Shown one piece after another: positions 31,033-41,195 of a stretch of 64,000 bases of DNA. Origin of the DNA: Prevotella sp. (GTDB lineage: Bacteria > Bacteroidota > Bacteroidia > Bacteroidales > Dysgonomonadaceae); the NCBI GenBank assembly GCA_031285625.1, contig JAITVV010000093.1:64001-128000 (forward strand). Direction: 5' to 3'. A program made the position numbers and the translations under genes. The notes below the pieces were generated by a model. The model was not told where the DNA came from. It did no database searches and saw only the letters and a list, made by a program, of their open reading frames with translations. How positions within the stretch are numbered: the stretch's first letter is position 1; each line of letters starts with the position of its first letter.

Positions 31033-31734
31033 TTACAGGTTCTGCATCAAAGCCTTACTATTAAGTATCTTCACTTCCCGGCCCGACATTTCAATCAATC
31101 CTTCGTCTATCATATTCTTTATTTCCCTGGCTAATGCCGGACGGGTAACATTCATGTATTCAGCCAGTTGAGTTTGATTATGGGCTATTGTTATCATATT
31201 CTGTTCATCAGGCTTATATTCAAACAGATAATAAACGAAACGGCTTCTTATATTCTTATATGCCAGAATCCTTAATCGGCTTACAGTGCATACATTGCAG
31301 TTTCCGGTTAGTCTCAGGAAGTTCTTGAGCATTTCCGGTTCTGAGCTAATTAGCCTGAATGCAGATTCTTTCGTAGCCCTCATTAGCAAACCATCTTCTG
31401 CCACTGTAAATGTAGCCGGAAAAATACTATTCCCATCAAAAAGATGTGGGGTTGCAAATGACCTGGGAGCAACCAAGTCTTCCACTTTTATATTGTTGCC
31501 GGAGACATCAATGATATTTACATCAAGCTTTCCTGCTAATAGGATGTGCATATGATTACATGGTGTATCCTGCCTGATTATCACCTCACCTTTTTTCAGT
31601 GGAGTAAGGAAATAATCGAGCCTGTTTAGAAGATCTTTTTTAGCTTCTTCAGATATACCCCTGAATAAAGGTATTTTATGTATTATATTTATTTGTTGCT
31701 CTGTCAAATCTATGTGATTGTCCATTGCTTCCAT
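31033..31734 (-). CDS. Crp/Fnr family transcriptional regulator (HcpR-like)
   Basis: cNMP-binding-like N domain; C-terminal HTH QLAEYMNVTRPALAREI; start codon uncertain. Confidence 0.85.
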   Translation of the reverse strand: MEAMDNHIDLTEQQINIIHKIPLFRGISEEAKKDLLNRLDYFLTPLKKGEVIIRQDTPCNHMHILLAGKLDVNIIDVSGNNIKVEDLVAPRSFATPHLFDGNSIFPATFTVAEDGLLMRATKESAFRLISSEPEMLKNFLRLTGNCNVCTVSRLRILAYKNIRSRFVYYLFEYKPDEQNMITIAHNQTQLAEYMNVTRPALAREIKNMIDEGLIEMSGREVKILNSKALMQNL

Positions 31735-31888
31735 TTTATTAGATCCGAATATAAAGATAATCATTTCCCGAATACAAATAAATCCTAAATGTTAAAGAAA
31801 CCTCTATTTTGATATAGTATATCCTTATATCGTGAAATTTCTAGTAAATTTACAGTCTTTAATCTGAACTTAATAAACACAAATAAAA

Positions 31889-33292
31889 ATGGGTGGTTTT
31901 TTCGGAACAATATCTACTTCGGCTTGTGCTACTGATCTTTTTTATGGCACTGACTACAATTCTCATTTAGGAACCCGTAAAGGTGGTATGGCAACCTTAC
32001 ATGAAGGGGTTTTTAAAAGATCAATACATAACTTGGAGAATTCTTATTTCCGATTACGCTTTGAAGCCGAGTTGGATAAATTTAAGGGAAATTCCGGCAT
32101 TGGTATTATTAGTGATACTGATCCACAGCCTATATTTATTAGTTCACACCTGGGCAAATATGCCATTGTTACAGTAGCAAAAGTAAATAATCTGGATGAG
32201 CTTGAAAAAGAATTGTTAGATAAAGGTTCTCATTTCACAGAGTTTAATTCAGGAAAAATTAATCAAACAGAGTTGATTGCTCTTCTTATATCTCAAGGGA
32301 AATCTTTTAAAGAAGGTATTGAGCTGGTATATGATAAAATACAGGGCTCTTGCTCAATGTTGATCCTTACCGAAAGTGGCATAATTGCAGCACGTGATAA
32401 ATGGGGACGCACCCCTGTTATTGTAGGTAAAAAAGAAGGTGCATATGCGGTTTCAAGTGAGCCATGTAGTTTTCCAAACCTCGATTTTGAGATTGAATAT
32501 AATGTTGGGCCAGGTGAAATAGTCCTGTTAACAGCAGATAAAATGGAACAATTACGTAAGCCCAATAAGAAAATGCAGGTTTGCTCTTTCCTTTGGGTTT
32601 ATTATGGTTATCCGGTTTCAGATTATGAAGGGATAAATGTGGATGCAGTACGTTATGCCAGCGGAGTAACGATGTCAAAGAAAGATGATATTGAAGCTGA
32701 TTATGTATCAGCCATTCCCGATTCCGGAATCGGTATGGGGTTGGGGTATGCAGAAGGGAAAGGAATTCCTTATCGTCGTGCAATTATCAAATACACTCCA
32801 ACATGGCCTCGTAGTTTTACTCCGGCTAATCAGATAGTAAGAGATTTGGTTGCCAAAATGAAGTTAATACCAAACCGCGATATATTAAGAGATAAGCGTG
32901 TAATCTTTTGTGACGACTCTATTGTTAGGGGAACACAACTCCACGACAATGTAAATATACTATACGGATATGGGGCGAAAGAAGTACATATTCGTCTGGG
33001 TAGTCCTCCAATATTGCATTCATGCCCTTTTGTCGGTTTCTCTGCATCCAAGTCACATCTCGAACTGATCACCCGCCGCACAATAAAAGAATTGGAGGGA
33101 GATGATTCTAAAGATTTGGATAAGTATGCAACTGCAGGATCTGAGCAATATTGTAATATGATAGAATATATCCGTAAGAAACTTAATATTACAACATTAA
33201 AATTTATTACTGTCGAAGATCTGGTAGAGTCTATAGGGCTTCCTAAAGAATGCGTATGTACATATTGTTACAATGCAGCTACAATAGAATAG
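31889..33292 (+). CDS. purF: Amidophosphoribosyltransferase-like protein lacking the N-terminal catalytic Cys
   Basis: RDKWGRTP, IPDSG, DDSIVRGT PRPP loop, four candidate Fe-S Cys (VCSF, SCPF, CTYC); N-terminus MGGFFG. Confidence 0.85.
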   Translation: MGGFFGTISTSACATDLFYGTDYNSHLGTRKGGMATLHEGVFKRSIHNLENSYFRLRFEAELDKFKGNSGIGIISDTDPQPIFISSHLGKYAIVTVAKVNNLDELEKELLDKGSHFTEFNSGKINQTELIALLISQGKSFKEGIELVYDKIQGSCSMLILTESGIIAARDKWGRTPVIVGKKEGAYAVSSEPCSFPNLDFEIEYNVGPGEIVLLTADKMEQLRKPNKKMQVCSFLWVYYGYPVSDYEGINVDAVRYASGVTMSKKDDIEADYVSAIPDSGIGMGLGYAEGKGIPYRRAIIKYTPTWPRSFTPANQIVRDLVAKMKLIPNRDILRDKRVIFCDDSIVRGTQLHDNVNILYGYGAKEVHIRLGSPPILHSCPFVGFSASKSHLELITRRTIKELEGDDSKDLDKYATAGSEQYCNMIEYIRKKLNITTLKFITVEDLVESIGLPKECVCTYCYNAATIE

Positions 33293-33367
33293 ATTAATAT
33301 AAATTAATTACTTGTATAACAGAAGATAATATGAACAATATTATCTTTTGCTATCTTTGTCTTCGTT

Positions 33368-33943
33368 ATGAACGAAAAAGAGAGTATAATAGATTATTTA
33401 AAAGAGATTGCCCAACACGACTGTCCTGACTCATTTCACCAGTTGTATGATCACTATTATACACGTTTATTTCGCCAGGCATTATATTATCTGAATAATA
33501 ACCCTGACTATGCACAGGAAGTCGTAGCCGATGTTTTCGTTGCTCTATGGCAGAGTAGAAAAGTTTTGCAGCGTATTACAGAACCGGACTCCTATTTATT
33601 TATCGCCCTTAAGCATGCCGCAGCCAGATATATAGAAAAGAACTATAAAGATAAATTAGTACTTGTTACAGAAAAATTACCTGAAACGGACTATAGGTGT
33701 AGCGATTCTACAGATTTCAATATGATGGATGTGGAACTACAGACCAAATATGAGACTGCGCTAAAAAATCTGCCACCAAGATGTGCTGAAGTTTTTCGTC
33801 TGGTAAGAGAAGAAAGAAAAAAATATAGTGAGGTTGCCGAGTTACTGGGAATATCAGTTAAGACTGTTGATAACCAAATGAATAAAGCAGTAAAACTACT
33901 ATATGAACAATTAAAAGAAAATCTTTTTTCAATTTTTTTCTAA
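33368..33943 (+). CDS. ECF sigma-70 factor (Bacteroidetes FecI-like)
   Basis: AQEVVADVFVALW region 2; LPPRCAEVF...YSEVAELLGISVKTV region 4. Confidence 0.92.
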   Translation: MNEKESIIDYLKEIAQHDCPDSFHQLYDHYYTRLFRQALYYLNNNPDYAQEVVADVFVALWQSRKVLQRITEPDSYLFIALKHAAARYIEKNYKDKLVLVTEKLPETDYRCSDSTDFNMMDVELQTKYETALKNLPPRCAEVFRLVREERKKYSEVAELLGISVKTVDNQMNKAVKLLYEQLKENLFSIFF

Positions 33944-33950
33944 ATTCGTA

Positions 33951-33976
33951 TAGGGGTATTTTTATTTTCTATACTC
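33951..33976 (+). promoter_or_regulatory. Putative ECF-dependent promoter for the fecR-TonB operon
   Basis: TAGGGGTA ... ACTC between sigma and anti-sigma; I recall this motif at this position in similar loci, not verified. Confidence 0.45.
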
Positions 33977-34000
33977 TTTATTATTGTAAGAGATAAAACA

Positions 34001-34972
34001 ATGATAATGAAATATAAAAATAAAATACAAACCGCACGCAAAAAATACCTGGAAACTGAAGTTCTTTCTGAGAATGACCGGAACTTGATAGATAGAGATT
34101 TGGCAGGAAAGGATTATATCAATTTTCTGTTTGATAATCAAAATTTTATTTTACCGGAAAAATATTCAGCAGAAACTACCTATCAGCTAATCAATGAAAA
34201 GATAGTTAAGGTAAATAAAGACCTTAAATTTGCAAACATTATAAGGTATACAAAATATGCTGCAGCAATAATTGTTATAGCATTAATTTCCACTTATGTA
34301 TATAAATACGTTTTATCTTCACCAGAAATGATTTACGCCTCGACGTCTTATGGTGAGAGAAAAGAGATTATGCTTCCTGATGGTTCCATTGTAATCCTTA
34401 ATAGCTTATCCCATCTGTCGTATCCGGAAAAGATGGATGGAGATACCCGTGAAGTCAGCCTGAATGGCGAAGCTTATTTTGATGTAATAAAGAATCCTCA
34501 AAAGACATTTATTGTAAATGTCAAAGATCTAGATATAAAAGTTTTAGGAACTAAATTTAATATAGAGGCTTATGAAACCCAAGAATCCATCACTACCACT
34601 TTATTTGAAGGTGCTGTATCTGTTAATCTGGATAACGGATATACCAAGCAACTTGAGCCAGGCCAGCAAGCAACTTATAACAAAATTAAAAATGAAATCG
34701 ATGTCCAGTCACCAGCAAACATTGATGGAAAACTACAATGGCAAACAGGTATATTAACTTTTGAGAATGAGAAACTATTTAATATATTAGATGTGCTAGG
34801 CAGAGAACACAATGTTAGTTTTGATATATCAGACAATCAGTTGAAGCAATTGCGCGTTACAGTACGTTTCAATGCTAAGGAACCGATAGAGACAGTATTA
34901 GCAATTATAGGTGAATCCGCCAATTTTAGCTTTATCAAACAAGGTAATATTTATAAGATTACAGCTAAGTAA
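34001..34972 (+). CDS. FecR family anti-sigma factor
   Basis: One TM, then LPDGS.V.LN, REVSLNGEAYFDV, VLGTKFN, WQTG. Confidence 0.93.
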   Translation: MIMKYKNKIQTARKKYLETEVLSENDRNLIDRDLAGKDYINFLFDNQNFILPEKYSAETTYQLINEKIVKVNKDLKFANIIRYTKYAAAIIVIALISTYVYKYVLSSPEMIYASTSYGERKEIMLPDGSIVILNSLSHLSYPEKMDGDTREVSLNGEAYFDVIKNPQKTFIVNVKDLDIKVLGTKFNIEAYETQESITTTLFEGAVSVNLDNGYTKQLEPGQQATYNKIKNEIDVQSPANIDGKLQWQTGILTFENEKLFNILDVLGREHNVSFDISDNQLKQLRVTVRFNAKEPIETVLAIIGESANFSFIKQGNIYKITAK

Positions 34973-34989
34973 ACCTTGTTTATTATATT

Positions 34990-37560
34990 ATGAATATTAG
35001 AAAAATACTTTTAACACTTTCTTTTAGCTTATTTGTTTGTTTTCTCAGTGCTCAGACTAAGAAGATAACAATAGATACGAGTACAACTTTACGTGAAATA
35101 GCAAAAAATATTGAAAGTCAATGTGATTACTCATTTGTGTATACAGAGAATATCGATATGGATCAATCAAAAAAAGTATTGTTAAAAAATATGGCTTTAG
35201 AAGAAAGCTTAAATAATATCTTTGATAAAACAGGTATTCTTTGGCGTATTTCAGATAAGTATATTATCTTATATAATTCCAAATATATAACAATATCTGG
35301 CTATGTGACTGATGGAAAATCTCAGGAAACACTTATCGATGCCCCTATACAGGACAAAAATTCGCGTAATGGTAGTTTCTCAAATTCATATGGCTTTTAT
35401 ACAATACAGGTTGCTCCAGGGACAATAGAAATGCAAGCATCTTATATTGGTTATGCTCCTTCAATCAAAAAATTTGAAGCTAAAAAAGATACTGTAGTCA
35501 ATTTCCCTTTGGCCATTTCTGAAATATATCTGAAAGACATCGTAATACAAAATACAAAGTCATTTTCGCCATCCAGTGGTTCGGTGGAGTTTACAGGAAG
35601 TACTATAAAGTCTATGCCTGCTTCTTTTGCGGAGAGCGATGTATTAAAATCTTTACAATTTATACCAGGTATTCAATCTGGAGTAGAAGGTTCTGCAGGT
35701 ATATACGTTCGCGGAGGCGGGCCCGATCAGAATTTGATACTCATCGATGACGTTCCTGTTTATAATACAGGTCATGCATTTGGTTTATTCTCAGTTTTTA
35801 ATGGTGATGCAATCAAAAAGGTTTCTGTTCATAAAGGAAGCTTTCCGGCACGCTATGGGGGTAGATTATCGTCAGTAATTGATATACGATTCAGAGATGG
35901 CGACATGCAAAATTATCATGCCAGTGCCAGTATAGGATTATTGGCTGCCCGTGTAAATATTGAAGGTCCTATAATAAAAGGTAAAACATCATTTAATTTT
36001 TCGGCCAGGCGCTCTTATATTGATGGTTTTTTACGGATAGCACGAAGTTTTACTGATGAGAATGTACCTGTATTTTACATTTATGATGTGAATGCTAAGA
36101 TCAATCATAAATTTTCGGATAGGAGCCGTCTTTATTTGAGTTTTTATGAGGGTAGAGATGCACTGAATACAGGTCTTAAAGGACGAGATTATAATAATAA
36201 GAGATATGACCTTACAAAGCTAGAATATAAATGGGGTAATACGATAGCCTCTCTTCGTTGGAATTATATTTTTAATAGTAACTTATTTATGAATGCAACT
36301 GTTGCATATAATAGATATAAGTTCAATTTTGAATCACGCTCCGAAAACCGGAGTGAATATATAAACAGTATTTATTCAAATTTTCAATATTCAGGTATTA
36401 ATGACTGGCAGTTTAGTGCTGATTGGCAATATAGTCCTAATAACAAGCATCATATACGTTTCGGTAGTAGTTTTATTATGCATAAGTTTAGCCCGGAAGT
36501 AAACGGAAGCCATTCAAAAGAAACCGATAAGGAAGAGCATAAAAACAAAACGAACTATTATCTCTTTAATATAAATAGAGGTAAGGAAATGTCTCTGTAT
36601 GCTGAAGATGAGTTTCCTATCACAGAAAAATTTAAAACAAATCTAGGTGTACATTTCTCTCTAATCAATACAGAAGGAAAAACATATAAATCCTTGCAAC
36701 CACGCGCATCTTTTGGATACGAATTGAGCTCCAAATTAGCAGTGAAAACATCGTATACAAAGATGAATCAATATGTAAATCTTTTAACGTCGAATGCTAC
36801 GAGCCAGCCTACAGACCTTTGGGTGCCAATAACACGCAATCTCGAACCAATGTCTTCTCATCAGTTTACATTAGGGGCATTCTGGGATTCTCAATCCGGC
36901 TATAGCTTTTCTGTGGAAGGTTTTTACAAGAAAATGAACAATGTATTGGAATATAAAGACGGCTCATCGTGGAAAGATGCTTACATATCATGGGAAAGCC
37001 AAGTGGAAGCAGGCAAAGGATGGGGATATGGAGTTGAACTGTTTGCTCAAAAGAAAACAGGACGATTTGTTGGTTGGATAGGCTATACATTGGCTTGGAA
37101 TGACAGACAGTTTAAAACAATAAATTACGGAAAACGTTTCCCTGCAAAATATGATCGCAGGCACGATTTCAACATTACCGGAACATACAAGCTCAATTCG
37201 AAAGTTGATTTTTCAGCATCATGGATGTATGCCACAGGCAATAATACAACACTGGCTTTGGAAGAGTACCAGGTACTACCACATCCCGATTTAGGCTCAT
37301 ACTGGTATGAAACAGTACCATATGTTAAACAAAGAAATAATTATAGGTTGTCTCCTACTCATCATTTAGATGTTGATATGAAATACTATTATTCACCTAA
37401 AAAAATGTGGACATTCAGTATTTATAATATATATAATCGGCAAAATACTTATTTGGCCGAACCTGGCTATAGTAAAAAAGATAAAGGAAAACAAGTAGTA
37501 TATGAATATAACTTTTTGGGAATAGTGCCATCTATCTCATTTACTTATAAGTTTAGATAA
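34990..37560 (+). CDS. TonB-dependent transducer (signalling domain, carboxypeptidase-regulatory-like domain, plug, barrel); not SusC-like
   Basis: TISGYVTD..SQETL, YVRGGGPDQNLIL, PARYGGRLSSVID, C-terminal YKF. Confidence 0.92.
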   Translation: MNIRKILLTLSFSLFVCFLSAQTKKITIDTSTTLREIAKNIESQCDYSFVYTENIDMDQSKKVLLKNMALEESLNNIFDKTGILWRISDKYIILYNSKYITISGYVTDGKSQETLIDAPIQDKNSRNGSFSNSYGFYTIQVAPGTIEMQASYIGYAPSIKKFEAKKDTVVNFPLAISEIYLKDIVIQNTKSFSPSSGSVEFTGSTIKSMPASFAESDVLKSLQFIPGIQSGVEGSAGIYVRGGGPDQNLILIDDVPVYNTGHAFGLFSVFNGDAIKKVSVHKGSFPARYGGRLSSVIDIRFRDGDMQNYHASASIGLLAARVNIEGPIIKGKTSFNFSARRSYIDGFLRIARSFTDENVPVFYIYDVNAKINHKFSDRSRLYLSFYEGRDALNTGLKGRDYNNKRYDLTKLEYKWGNTIASLRWNYIFNSNLFMNATVAYNRYKFNFESRSENRSEYINSIYSNFQYSGINDWQFSADWQYSPNNKHHIRFGSSFIMHKFSPEVNGSHSKETDKEEHKNKTNYYLFNINRGKEMSLYAEDEFPITEKFKTNLGVHFSLINTEGKTYKSLQPRASFGYELSSKLAVKTSYTKMNQYVNLLTSNATSQPTDLWVPITRNLEPMSSHQFTLGAFWDSQSGYSFSVEGFYKKMNNVLEYKDGSSWKDAYISWESQVEAGKGWGYGVELFAQKKTGRFVGWIGYTLAWNDRQFKTINYGKRFPAKYDRRHDFNITGTYKLNSKVDFSASWMYATGNNTTLALEEYQVLPHPDLGSYWYETVPYVKQRNNYRLSPTHHLDVDMKYYYSPKKMWTFSIYNIYNRQNTYLAEPGYSKKDKGKQVVYEYNFLGIVPSISFTYKFR

Positions 37561-37561
37561 A

Positions 37562-38521
37562 ATGAAAAGACTTTTTTATATAATATTAATTATCTCAATT
37601 TCAGTACCTTCCTGTCAGTTTGAAAGGGAAGTTGAGACTAATATAAAACCTATAGAGCCTCATTTAGTTTTAAATAGTCTTCTATTTACAGAAAGAGACT
37701 CCAGCTATTTTTACTTAACCAAGAGCCGCAGTGCGTTCTATGAAACTGATACTACATGGTGGGGCATGCAGAAGAAAGATTTTGAATATATAGGAGATGC
37801 CAAGTTTCAGCTACAGGTTAACGGAACTACTTTTAATTTAGAATATAGTTTGAAAGATAGTGCATACATTTATCCTGCTAAATTGAGTTCTGATGATAAT
37901 ATTGAAGTAATGGTGAACCAGAAGGATGGGGAGCTAAAATCTAAAGCTATTTTACCATTCCCTCCTTCTGTTTTATCTGTGGATACCTCCAAGATTCATA
38001 AATTAGTCAACAACGTTGAAAATGATTATCTTCAGTTTGAAGTAAAAATTAAAGATTATCCGGGTCAGAGTAATTACTACCGATTACTTGTAAACATGAA
38101 AATACCTTATTATGGTTGGGTTGGCTGGTGGAATAGCCAACAGTATTATACAGATGATCCGGTTCTTAAAAATGGGATGCCTAGCAATGTTGATGATCCC
38201 GATTTTAACTTAATACGATTCCCTGAAAATTATTTATCAATTTTTAGAGATATGCTGTTCGAAGGAGATGAATATACCTTAACATTTTATATAGATTATC
38301 CTTATGAATTATTTAGTAATAATGAGAGTGGAGGCTTTATATTGATCAAACTGCAGTCAATATCAGAAGATCTGTATAATTATTATTTTTCATTGCAGCG
38401 TAACCAGTATCTTGGAAATGAATTTAATGAACCGATTGTCGTTTTCAATAATATTGAAGGTGGCCTAGGTATCCTAGGGACCTGCAGTGAAACGACCGTT
38501 TTCAATTTTGATAAGAAATGA
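37562..38521 (+). CDS. DUF4249-like lipoprotein
   Basis: Lipobox PS-C; DYPGQSNYY, LQSISEDLYNY, NNIEGGLGILG. Confidence 0.8.
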   Translation: MKRLFYIILIISISVPSCQFEREVETNIKPIEPHLVLNSLLFTERDSSYFYLTKSRSAFYETDTTWWGMQKKDFEYIGDAKFQLQVNGTTFNLEYSLKDSAYIYPAKLSSDDNIEVMVNQKDGELKSKAILPFPPSVLSVDTSKIHKLVNNVENDYLQFEVKIKDYPGQSNYYRLLVNMKIPYYGWVGWWNSQQYYTDDPVLKNGMPSNVDDPDFNLIRFPENYLSIFRDMLFEGDEYTLTFYIDYPYELFSNNESGGFILIKLQSISEDLYNYYFSLQRNQYLGNEFNEPIVVFNNIEGGLGILGTCSETTVFNFDKK

Positions 38522-38572
38522 AATAAGCGCGCCAAATATATAATTACTAATTTTTTAACAAACAATTTTAGC

Positions 38573-39244
38573 ATGAAGAAATTATGTCTATTAACGGCAT
38601 TGTTATGCACTTTTTGTGTCTCAATAACAGCTCAGCGAAAAGATTTTTTCAAAGATAAAAAACATGAATTGCGTTTATCATTAGGCTCAGTCAATGATGA
38701 TGGATATCATAGCAGCAGATATTATGTTCCATATGGGTATGGGTACATGTATCAAGGAGGCTATGGTTGGTATGGTGGAGATTATTACGAAGCAGCAAAC
38801 TATATGGGAGCTACAAAAACCTTAGGAGTAATTGGTTTGAGTTATTTTTATCATTTGCCTGATACCAGATTCTCATTTGGTAGTACTTTATCTTATAATG
38901 GGTATAATACCAACTTTTATCAACGTACAGATAATGCAAAAGTAGGCCATTTTAAAGAATATAATCTCGGATTTACTCCTTCTGTTCGATATGCGTGGAT
39001 TGTCAAAGATTGGTTTCAACTTTATTCCGGTGTAGGGGTTAGTTTATACTTTAATAGCACCCGATATAAATTGGAAATGAATGAGGGGAAAAAATCTTAT
39101 GAATCAAACAACACTTCTTTTGAGCAAAATGTTCAGATTACTCCTATCGGATTTTCAGTAGGAAGAACAATTTTTGCATTCGGAGAAGCCAATATTGGTG
39201 GGCGAACCGGAACATTTGTAGGTGGTATAGGATATCGTTTTTAA
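38573..39244 (+). CDS. Small outer-membrane beta-barrel protein
   Basis: Signal peptide, amphipathic strands, C-terminal GIGYRF. Confidence 0.8.
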   Translation: MKKLCLLTALLCTFCVSITAQRKDFFKDKKHELRLSLGSVNDDGYHSSRYYVPYGYGYMYQGGYGWYGGDYYEAANYMGATKTLGVIGLSYFYHLPDTRFSFGSTLSYNGYNTNFYQRTDNAKVGHFKEYNLGFTPSVRYAWIVKDWFQLYSGVGVSLYFNSTRYKLEMNEGKKSYESNNTSFEQNVQITPIGFSVGRTIFAFGEANIGGRTGTFVGGIGYRF

Positions 39245-39269
39245 TAAATAATAGAAATAAACAAAGATT

Positions 39270-40079
39270 ATGAACAAACTTATATATGTAATATCAGTAT
39301 TTATTCTGCTTATAACGGGATTTACAGCATGTGAGGTAGAAGATGGTGGATATGAAACCAGACCAACATTGCAAGGGCTAATTGCTTTTCAAACAACACA
39401 AACATGTATTTATGATGGAGTTGCAATTCTCGATTTAATGTCCAGAATAGATTATTATGCCCAGGCTTCTAATGACGAAAAAGAAGGCATAAAAAATTAT
39501 TATCTGAAAGAATATGAAATAAGCAAAACTGATCAAACATGGAAATTAAAATCCATAGGGTCTGAAGTAATATTTACCCATAATAGTAAATCGATAAATG
39601 AGATAGGTGCTGTTTGGACTGTACATATTACTTACAATGAAGGTCAATATAAGCAAACCGTTATAGATAATAATAATTTTCGTCTGGAAAGTAGTGGTGA
39701 TAAAAAATGGAGTATTAAGATAACGGATATGCTGTGTAATTATATGTATAATCCAAATAAAGATGAGACGCATTCAGGAGAATTTATTTTTACTGGAAGT
39801 ATTGCTAGTAATAAATCTCCTTTCTTATATGATTTTAAAATAGAATCCGGTACAGGAAAAATAAAATCATCTCCGATTTTAGACTATGAAGTAAAAGAAG
39901 CATTATCATACTTTTATATCTCAGACTATTATGCTGCTCCAACACTAACAAAAGGAGTATTAGTAATAAAAGCAGATAACAAAGATGATATTATAGCTAA
40001 TATCTCAATACCAGGTTCATTTCCTTCATATCAAATCACTTTTAACGGTATTACAGAAGATTGGGGATATTACCATTAA
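39270..40079 (+). CDS. Hypothetical lipoprotein
   Basis: Lipobox FTA-C followed by acidic EVEDG. Confidence 0.7.
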   Translation: MNKLIYVISVFILLITGFTACEVEDGGYETRPTLQGLIAFQTTQTCIYDGVAILDLMSRIDYYAQASNDEKEGIKNYYLKEYEISKTDQTWKLKSIGSEVIFTHNSKSINEIGAVWTVHITYNEGQYKQTVIDNNNFRLESSGDKKWSIKITDMLCNYMYNPNKDETHSGEFIFTGSIASNKSPFLYDFKIESGTGKIKSSPILDYEVKEALSYFYISDYYAAPTLTKGVLVIKADNKDDIIANISIPGSFPSYQITFNGITEDWGYYH

Positions 40080-40181
40080 CCCTAACAGAGATTTATAAAA
40101 CTACAATTAGAAAATAATCAGAGGACTTGAGTGATCTCTGATTATTTTTTCTATTTTATTTTTTATTATCCAATAAATAAT

Positions 40182-40205
40182 TATCTTTGTTGAATAATCG
40201 TTCAA
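40182..40205 (+). promoter_or_regulatory. tetR promoter with adjacent palindromic operator O1
   Basis: TATCTTTG (40182-89) abutting TTGAA-TAATCG-TTCAA (40190-40205). Confidence 0.7.
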
Positions 40206-40215
40206 TGAATAAATT

Positions 40216-40821
40216 ATGGTCTCAGAAGATTTGATATTGAAAAAAACTTTTAAGTTATTATTGCTCAAAGGTTTTGATAGAGTATCCATAACGGATATAC
40301 AGAATGCAACGGGACTTTCCAGAGGGCTTTTATACCATTATTATAAAAATAAAGAAGATTTGTTTATACAAGTAACAGAAAAATATTTTATAGAAATATT
40401 TGATTTCGATATACGCAAAGTTACAGATCTGACTATATTTGAATTTATTGATTTTATGTTTAAGCGCTTCGATAGAATCGAACATGCAATATTGGATATT
40501 GTTAAGAATACTAATGATATACAAGGTGTTTCAATGCTCAATTATCATTTTTTATTCTATCAGGTAATGCAACGCGATGCTATATTCAGAAACAGATATC
40601 AGGCTACGATAGAAAAGGAGAAAATCGGCTGGGAAAACGCTTTAAAGAATAGTATAACTAAAAAGGAAATTAAGAGTGATACTAATATTGTTATATCTGC
40701 CAAAGAGTTAGTAACGTTGACAGATGGTGTTTGGTTTCAAAGTATTTATAGTGTGGATGGTAAGTTTATGATTCAAAAATTGGAGACTACTCTATTTCAT
40801 TATATTGATCTATTAAAATAA
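40216..40821 (+). CDS. TetR/AcrR family regulator
   Basis: GFDRVSITDI...GLSRGLLYHYYKNKEDLF HTH. Confidence 0.93.
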   Translation: MVSEDLILKKTFKLLLLKGFDRVSITDIQNATGLSRGLLYHYYKNKEDLFIQVTEKYFIEIFDFDIRKVTDLTIFEFIDFMFKRFDRIEHAILDIVKNTNDIQGVSMLNYHFLFYQVMQRDAIFRNRYQATIEKEKIGWENALKNSITKKEIKSDTNIVISAKELVTLTDGVWFQSIYSVDGKFMIQKLETTLFHYIDLLK

Positions 40822-40836
40822 TTTTTTTGTATTATA

Positions 40837-40854
40837 ATTGAACAATCATTCAAT
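40837..40854. promoter_or_regulatory. Palindromic operator O2 upstream of the SMR gene
   Basis: ATTGAA-CAATCA-TTCAAT; core 14/16 identical to O1. Confidence 0.7.
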
Positions 40855-40868
40855 AAAATATAGCTATT

Positions 40869-41195
40869 ATGGGATGGATTTATTTATTATTCGCAAGTTT
40901 GTTTGAAGTGGGATTTACATTTTGTCTATCAAAAGCAAAGGAAGCTGTTGCGCCTCATTCTCATTATTGGTATATAGGATTTGGTATCTGTTTGGTTGTA
41001 GGTATGTCATTACTTGTAAAAGCTACACAAACAATATCGATGGGAACCGCTTATGCAATATTTACAGGAATAGGAGCTGCAGGTACTGTGTTACTAGGCA
41101 TAGTTGTTTTTAAAGAACCAGCCAATCTTTTACGTGTATTTTTTATATTTACACTTATAGCTTCTGTGGTAGGGTTAAAAGCTGTATCTCACTAG
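40869..41195 (+). CDS. SMR family transporter (SugE/Gdx-like)
   Basis: 108 aa, 4 TM, conserved TM1 Glu (LFEVG), MGTAYAIFTGIG, FKEP. Confidence 0.9.
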   Translation: MGWIYLLFASLFEVGFTFCLSKAKEAVAPHSHYWYIGFGICLVVGMSLLVKATQTISMGTAYAIFTGIGAAGTVLLGIVVFKEPANLLRVFFIFTLIASVVGLKAVSH

